Below, in pieces: positions 58,686 to 64,000 of a DNA stretch of 64,000 bases. The first letter of the stretch is position 1. Every line of letters begins with the position of its first letter. Position numbers and translations under genes: made by a program. The notes under the pieces are model-generated. The model saw only the letters and a list, made by a program, of their open reading frames with translations. It was not told the origin of the DNA and did no database searches. Location: assembly GCA_965215605.1 (NCBI GenBank), contig OZ244070.1, positions 576,001-640,000 on the forward strand, read 5' to 3'. Origin of the DNA: an uncultured Candidatus Binatia bacterium (GTDB taxonomy: Bacteria; Desulfobacterota; Binatia; UBA9968; JAJDTQ01).

Positions 58686-59558
58686 TCAGCGGTTGGCGCA
58701 GGCGAATGCCGTGCTGCCGTCACCGGGAAGCTGCGCCTTGGTGTAGTCGTACTCCTTGACCGCGGCCATCATCTTGTCCGAGCCCAGGTGCTTGGCCAAG
58801 GCTTCGTTGAACGCCTTCAGGAAGGCCGTGTCGGACTTGCGGAAGCCGATGCCGACCCAGTTGTAGGTCCACTCCGGCTGTTTCGAAGGATCGCTGACAT
58901 CCACCGCGCCGCCACTCTTCTTCACCAGCGCGTTCGCCGTGAAAAACGTCACGCCGCCGGCGTCCGCGCGTCCGGCCCGGACCGCCGCCAGGATCTCCGT
59001 GGGGCCCGGCACCTGCATGACCTGGGCGTCGGGGACTCCCTCCTTCTTCGCCGCCTCCACGATGTTGTAGCCGGCGCCGGTCACCAGTATGGCGTTCTGC
59101 TTCTTGACGTCCTGGTAGTTGTGCAGGTTCTTGGGATTGCCCTTCGCCACGATGAACGCATCGCCGAAGATCCCGATGGGATCCGAGAAGTTGATGTTCT
59201 GGCAGCGGCTCTTGAGGATGTACATGCCGCCGGTAATGACGTCGAAGCGGTTGGCCTTGAGGCCGGGAATCAAGCCGCCCCAATCGGTGACCACCGGCTG
59301 GATCTTGGTGATCCCCATCTCGTTCAGAACGCCCATGGCGATGGCGTTCACGAAGCCCTTGGGCACGTTGTTGTCCCCCGGATAGGCCCAGGGAATCTCG
59401 TTGGCGAAGCCGATCCGGACGGTCTCGCCCGCCTTGGCCTTCTCCAGCAGCGACTCGGCGCTGGCACTGCCTGGCGACAGGCTTGCGCCCATCGCGGCCA
59501 CTGCCAGGGCCACGACCGTTCTCGACAGGAAACCTCGGGCAATTCGACCACTCATCAC
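58686..59558 (-). CDS. ehuB: ectoine-type ABC substrate-binding protein
   Basis: Signal peptide, IGFANEIPWAY, WGGLIPGLKANRFD, GMYI...RC. Confidence 0.82.
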   Translation of the reverse strand: MMSGRIARGFLSRTVVALAVAAMGASLSPGSASAESLLEKAKAGETVRIGFANEIPWAYPGDNNVPKGFVNAIAMGVLNEMGITKIQPVVTDWGGLIPGLKANRFDVITGGMYILKSRCQNINFSDPIGIFGDAFIVAKGNPKNLHNYQDVKKQNAILVTGAGYNIVEAAKKEGVPDAQVMQVPGPTEILAAVRAGRADAGGVTFFTANALVKKSGGAVDVSDPSKQPEWTYNWVGIGFRKSDTAFLKAFNEALAKHLGSDKMMAAVKEYDYTKAQLPGDGSTAFACANR

Positions 59559-59852
59559 TCTTTCCTCCTCTTTCGGCGAGCCTGGGGAGACGCACGCCTG
59601 CGCGCCTCACCGCGTCGGGGGTCCTTTCCGGGAACCCGTGACTGGTGTGGAATAACACCGTGAAAGGGCCGCACCCTACCAAGACCGCGCCGGGTGTGCA
59701 ACCGCGGCAAGCCGGACCGCGGCAACCCGTTCCCGCGCCTTTCCCGCAAACCGCTTGCGTTCTCGCGACTTTACGGTTGACACGGGCGGGCCTTGTTGAT
59801 AGCCGTAGCCGCTCGGTCGCATCCGGACCGAAACAGACAAGGAGGTTGCACT

Positions 59853-60899
59853 ATGTTTCGCAGAATGTTTCGCAGAATCGTGTTGCTCGCAGCGCTGTTG
59901 GCGCTCGTGCTGGTCCACGCCCCGGCGGGCGCCGAAGATTTCTACAAGGGCAAGGCCCTGCGCATGCTGGTGGGCTTCTCCCCCGGCGGCGGTTACGACA
60001 CGTACACCCGCTACATCGCCCGTTACATCAGCAAGTACATTCCCGGAAAACCGACTCCGGTGGTCCAGAACATGCCCGGGGCGGGGAGTCTGATCGCCGC
60101 CAGCCACATCTACAAGCGGGCCAAACCGGACGGCAAGACCCTGGGGGTATGGAGCCCCGCGCTTATCTTCGCCAAGGCCATGGGCGACAAGAAGGTACGG
60201 GTCGAGCCGACGGAGTTCGAGTACATCGGCACCCCGACGTCGGACTCGGTTGCCTGCGGCCTCATGGCGGCCTCCGGGCTCAAGTCCCTGGACGACGTCA
60301 TCAAGTCGGGCAAGGTGGTGACCATGGGCGGCACCCGCGCGCCCGGGAACACCACCGATCCGTTCCTGTTCCTCAACAAGGAACTGGGGACCAAGTTCAA
60401 GAGCATCCCGGGCTACGGCGGCACCGCGACGATACGGCTGGCCATGGAGTCGGGCGAGATCGACGGCGCGTGCTGGACCTGGGAGTCCATGAGGGTCACG
60501 GCCCGAGGCATGCTCGACGCCCCTCCGGACAAGCGGCTCATTCCCTTCATCATCACCAAGCGGCACGCCGACCCCGAGGTGAAGGACATCCCGCTCTTCT
60601 CGGACGTCCTCAAGGGTGAGAACCTCGCCGCCTTCAATGCCTGGAACGGACAGAACAAGATCACGCGGGTCTACACGCTGCCGCCGGGGACGCCCAAGGA
60701 ACGGGTCGAGATCCTGCGGAAGGCTTACAAGGCGGTGATGGAGGACCCGGACTTCCTGGCGGAGGCGAAGACGGCGAAGCTCAACATCGACTACGTATCG
60801 CCCAAGGACATCGCGGATGCGTTGCACTCCATCAACAACATGCCGCCCAAGATCAAGGAATATCTTCAGATCCTGACGGGCTTCAAGAAGGCGAAGTAG
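59853..60899 (+). CDS. Bug/TctC tripartite tricarboxylate transporter substrate-binding protein
   Basis: GGAGG RBS; VGFSPGGGYD, VQNMPGAGS, YGG, PPGTPKERV. The start carries a 12-nt tandem duplication (ATGTTTCGCAGA x2). Confidence 0.88.
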   Translation: MFRRMFRRIVLLAALLALVLVHAPAGAEDFYKGKALRMLVGFSPGGGYDTYTRYIARYISKYIPGKPTPVVQNMPGAGSLIAASHIYKRAKPDGKTLGVWSPALIFAKAMGDKKVRVEPTEFEYIGTPTSDSVACGLMAASGLKSLDDVIKSGKVVTMGGTRAPGNTTDPFLFLNKELGTKFKSIPGYGGTATIRLAMESGEIDGACWTWESMRVTARGMLDAPPDKRLIPFIITKRHADPEVKDIPLFSDVLKGENLAAFNAWNGQNKITRVYTLPPGTPKERVEILRKAYKAVMEDPDFLAEAKTAKLNIDYVSPKDIADALHSINNMPPKIKEYLQILTGFKKAK

Positions 60900-61347
60900 G
60901 CGCCATACCCTTCTTCGTCAGCTCCGCGACGGCGTCCGGAGTCTTCTTCAATCCGTCCAAGCCCATGCCGCTGAGCACGTTGGGCGCCTTGGAGAACTGG
61001 ACGTCGTCGTAGGGCACTACCTCGATGCGGTTGCCCCAGGGGTCGCGGAAGTTGAGGCGCTGGTCCAGGGTCTGGACGCCCAGCCGCTCCAGGGCGGCCC
61101 GCACCGGCGTCCGGTCGTCCACAACGAAACCGAAATGGCGCTTGCCGTCGGCCTGCTGGGTCTTGCCGAGGCTCAACTGGATGAACTGGTCGCCGAGGTC
61201 CACGAAGGCGTTGTGGTCGCTCCGGCCCCGCAGGGTGAAGTCGAAGATGGCCCCGTAGAACTCCAGCGCTTGGTCCAGGTCTCCCACTTCCAGCACCACG
61301 TGATTGATGCCCATGGCCCGGGCCTTCTTGGGCGCGTCCTCGCTCAT
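60883..61347 (-). CDS. VOC/glyoxalase-family protein
   Basis: GINHVVLEV.DL..ALEFY, HFGFVVD, RDPWGNRIE. Confidence 0.85.
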   Translation of the reverse strand: MSEDAPKKARAMGINHVVLEVGDLDQALEFYGAIFDFTLRGRSDHNAFVDLGDQFIQLSLGKTQQADGKRHFGFVVDDRTPVRAALERLGVQTLDQRLNFRDPWGNRIEVVPYDDVQFSKAPNVLSGMGLDGLKKTPDAVAELTKKGMAPTSPS

Positions 61348-62309
61348 GGCCCCTCCTTTCCGGTTTGAGCCTGCTCTTCCGTGGCCATCCTCCCCTGCCC
61401 CGCGTGGTTCTCGAGGATCCATCGCGCGATCTCGTCACGCCGGGCGAACCAGACGTCCGAGAATGACTTGGCGTACCGGATCGCCTCGTCGTAGAGCTTG
61501 CCGGTGGCCGGGAAAGCCATCTGGCAGTGCATGGCCAGGGTCAGCATCTTGGGATGGGTGGCCGACTCCTCGTAGAGGATGTCGAACTCGTCCCGGAAGG
61601 CCTGCAGAAGATCGCTCGCGCTCTTGCCCCGCCTGTACATACCGGTATCGTTCAAGCCGCTGATGGCGTTCTTGTACGGAATCACCACCATGGTCTTGCC
61701 GGCCGCTTCCACCAGGTAGGGAACGTCGTCGTTGACCGCGTCGCCGTGCCAAGTGAAGCCTTCCTCCGCCAGAAGCCCCAGGGTGTTCTCGGTATGCCGC
61801 ATGCCCGACGACAACCAGCCCGAGGGGCGGACGCCCACGAGGTCCTCGAACGTCTTCCCGCAGGCGCGTATCTCTTCCCGTTCCTCGTCCCGGGTGAGCA
61901 GCACGAGTTGCACGTCCTCGGCGTAGCTGTGGGCCACCACCTCGTGGCCGTCCTCGTGGACCTTCTTCACCGCTTCGGGGTAGCGCACCGCGCAGAGCGC
62001 GTTGGTGTTGAAGGACGCCTTGACGCCGTACTTCTCCAGGATGCGCAGAATGCGCCACACGCCGGTGCGGCCGCCGTAGTCGTTCTCGCTGGCAGTGCGG
62101 AAGTCATACGGGCAGCGGACGTCATCGGCGGTCAGCGGGTTGGAGCCGCCGACGTGGCGCGTGCGCCGCAGCTTCGGGTCGGGCGTCTCCGTCCACGCTT
62201 CCAGGTTGCCGGCCAGCGCCACCGCGATGCGGGCGCCGCCGGGCCAGCGGATGTCGAGCTTCGCGGCCCTGGAGAACACGTCGTAGAAGGAATCGTGTTG
62301 GGGAATCAT
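61344..62309 (-). CDS. polysaccharide deacetylase family protein (PuuE-like)
   Basis: WPGGARIAV, YGGRTGVWRI, GHEVVAHSY, DDVPY, F..LYEE, LAMH. Confidence 0.85.
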   Translation of the reverse strand: MIPQHDSFYDVFSRAAKLDIRWPGGARIAVALAGNLEAWTETPDPKLRRTRHVGGSNPLTADDVRCPYDFRTASENDYGGRTGVWRILRILEKYGVKASFNTNALCAVRYPEAVKKVHEDGHEVVAHSYAEDVQLVLLTRDEEREEIRACGKTFEDLVGVRPSGWLSSGMRHTENTLGLLAEEGFTWHGDAVNDDVPYLVEAAGKTMVVIPYKNAISGLNDTGMYRRGKSASDLLQAFRDEFDILYEESATHPKMLTLAMHCQMAFPATGKLYDEAIRYAKSFSDVWFARRDEIARWILENHAGQGRMATEEQAQTGKEGP

Positions 62310-62345
62310 GGGTCTGCACCTCCGTCGCCCGCCGGCTGACCGCGG

Positions 62346-63401
62346 TCACATCTGCGCGGTGACGCCGTTGCGCGCGCACTCGTCTTCGTACATCTCCCGC
62401 AGCACCTTGTCCTCGTCCTCGAACTCGATCTGCTCGACGCCCCGCTCCTCGCCCTGCACCGCGGTGGAGGCATGGAGCGCCACGAAACGGCAGGGCTCCG
62501 GGCCGGTGTTGTAGTGCTGGTGCCAGCTTCCCGCCGGCGGCGAGATGACGGTGCCTTCCTGCCAGTCGAAGCGCTCGGGCTTCTCGCCCTCCTGCCACAT
62601 GAGGGAATAGCCGGTGGAATCGAGCATGTAGATATGGGCGCCGGGGCCGTGGCGGTGGGCCTTCTTGTAGGTCCCCACCGGGAACTGGGAGACATGGGCC
62701 AGCATGGTGCTGCCCGCCATGTGGATGTACATGTTGCGGTTGCCCTTGCCGCGCTTCTCCCGCGGAACCAGCTTGATGTCGCGGATGTTGCTGATGAAGT
62801 TGTTCTCCAGGATGCCGCCGTAATAGTCGGTGTTGTACTTTCCCTCCCGGCTGAAGAAGTCTTCCTGGGCGGGGTCGAAACGGTCCCGGAAGACGTGGTC
62901 GGTATTGAAGATGAAGTCCGGGTCCCGGTAGAGCTCGAAAACCACCGGGGCGCTGGTGAGGGCGAAGTAGCGCGCGCGGTCCGTGCCGCTGGCATTGAAG
63001 TGCTGGTGCCAGGCATTGAGCGGGATGGCGAAGAGGCTGCCGGCTTCCCACTCGAAGGTCCGCTTCCGGGCCTCGTCGTACCACACCGTGGTGGCGCCCC
63101 GACCCTCGGCGATGAGCACGATCTCCTCGAACAAATGCCGCTGGGGCTCGAGGCTCGCGCCGGCGGCGATCTCGCACACGTAGCCGTCCGCCACCCGCTG
63201 GTCCGAGAACGACAGGTAGGCGCCCTGGCCGCCGCGGCGCGGCCAGTCCCCCAGTTCCAGGGCGCGAACGTCCTGGACGTGGGAGCCGCTGACCACCGGC
63301 AGCCCCTCCGATTCGATCCACCGGTCATAGGCCCCGAACCGGTCGCCCATGAACTGCACATAGGGATGGACCTTGAACTCCACGACTGCCTTGGTGGCCA
63401 T
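62346..63401 (-). CDS. bicupin protein
   Basis: Two cupin repeats (QRHLFEE...WHQHFN; KAHRHGPG...WHQHYN); AAGGAG RBS. Confidence 0.8.
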   Translation of the reverse strand: MATKAVVEFKVHPYVQFMGDRFGAYDRWIESEGLPVVSGSHVQDVRALELGDWPRRGGQGAYLSFSDQRVADGYVCEIAAGASLEPQRHLFEEIVLIAEGRGATTVWYDEARKRTFEWEAGSLFAIPLNAWHQHFNASGTDRARYFALTSAPVVFELYRDPDFIFNTDHVFRDRFDPAQEDFFSREGKYNTDYYGGILENNFISNIRDIKLVPREKRGKGNRNMYIHMAGSTMLAHVSQFPVGTYKKAHRHGPGAHIYMLDSTGYSLMWQEGEKPERFDWQEGTVISPPAGSWHQHYNTGPEPCRFVALHASTAVQGEERGVEQIEFEDEDKVLREMYEDECARNGVTAQM

Positions 63402-63500
63402 GGCCGACTCCTTCCGCAAACGGGGATGGAAACAGGCTATCGACTTTGGCGCGAGAATGCGAGCCGTGGCCGGCGTTGCGATTTCTGGTAAAGTGAGCGC

Positions 63501-64000
63501 ATGAAAACCAGCCAAACACCTCCCGTAGCCAAGGTCATCCCGCACGAATTCGAGCGCCACGGTCACCTGCGCACCGACAACTACTACTGGTTGAGAGACC
63601 GGGACAATCCGGACACGGTGGCCTACCTGGAGGCGGAGAACGGGTATACCAAGAACGCCATGGCCCACGTCCAGCCGCTGGAAGAGGCGCTGTTCGAGGA
63701 GATCAAGGGGCGCATCAAGCAAACCGACATGTCGGTGCCCTACCGGCGGGACGATTACTACTATTACACCCGCTACGAGGAAGGCCGGGAATACCCCCTC
63801 TACGCCCGCAAGCGCGAATCGCTGGAGAATCCCGAAGAACTCATGCTCGACGTCAACGTCCTGGCCGAGGGGCACGAGTTCTTCGCGGTGGGGAGGCTGG
63901 CGGTGAGCTTCGGGCAGGATCTGCTGGCGTACACCGAGGATGCCCAGGGACGGCGCATCTACACCATCCGTTTCAAGGACCTCGCCACCGGAGAAGCGCT
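63501..64000 (+). CDS. ptrB: oligopeptidase B (S9A), 3'-truncated by window edge
   Basis: MKTSQTPPVAKVIPH...HGHLRTDNYYWLRD...YLEAEN.Y...LFEEIKGRIKQTDMSVP. Not in the ORF track because there is no stop in the window. Confidence 0.85.
   Translation, partial: MKTSQTPPVAKVIPHEFERHGHLRTDNYYWLRDRDNPDTVAYLEAENGYTKNAMAHVQPLEEALFEEIKGRIKQTDMSVPYRRDDYYYYTRYEEGREYPLYARKRESLENPEELMLDVNVLAEGHEFFAVGRLAVSFGQDLLAYTEDAQGRRIYTIRFKDLATGEA

Noticed and set aside
59853-59876. 12-nt tandem repeat at the Bug gene start as a phase-variation site
   Set aside because: Only two in-frame copies (MFRR MFRR); loss of one would not change the frame.
63402-63875. 509-aa extended bicupin ORF
   Set aside because: The extension is the antisense of oligopeptidase B, which starts at 63501.
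1-64000. CRISPR array, tRNA, rRNA, integrase or IS transposase
   Set aside because: None recognised by eye; a covariance-model scan would be needed to exclude small RNAs.

Overview
High-GC bacterial chromosomal window. The gene content (many stand-alone solute-binding proteins, cupins, amidohydrolases, osmolyte genes) suggests a marine Deltaproteobacteria/Binatia-like heterotroph, but that is inference only. 1-18 kb holds catabolic and osmoprotection genes: a Tat-exported family-5 SBP, two amidohydrolases, a fused glycine/sarcosine + sarcosine/dimethylglycine methyltransferase with a duplicated, diverged second SDMT-like gene, arylsulfotransferase, amidase, a TAXI-like SBP, and a ThDP enzyme/formyl-CoA transferase/ADP-forming acyl-CoA ligase cluster. 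18-32.7 kb is a complete nuoA-N operon with fused nuoCD. 32.8-54 kb is a ~21 kb defence island built on a class 1 DISARM backbone (drmD, drmMI, drmA, drmB; no drmC), split between drmMI and drmA by nested cargo. The cargo includes a lower-GC four-gene operon (RipA-like membrane protein, ThsB-like TIR, Nmad2, MazG/MazG_C) that converges on an aGPT-Pplase1/5-hmdU-DNA-kinase-like domain fused in frame to the DISARM methyltransferase. It also includes ParDE, an orphan ABC-type ATPase, and a small ART-like ORF coupled to a DUF6575-like domain fused to DrmA. This nested module is the best candidate for an undescribed system. 54-64 kb holds a CDGSH protein, a cupin, a GST with an in-frame TGA at the catalytic Cys position followed by a SECIS-like hairpin (probable selenoprotein missed by the ORF track), LarE, ehuABCD, a Bug/TctC SBP, VOC, polysaccharide deacetylase, bicupin and a partial oligopeptidase B. 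Family names come from motif recognition, not from database searches.
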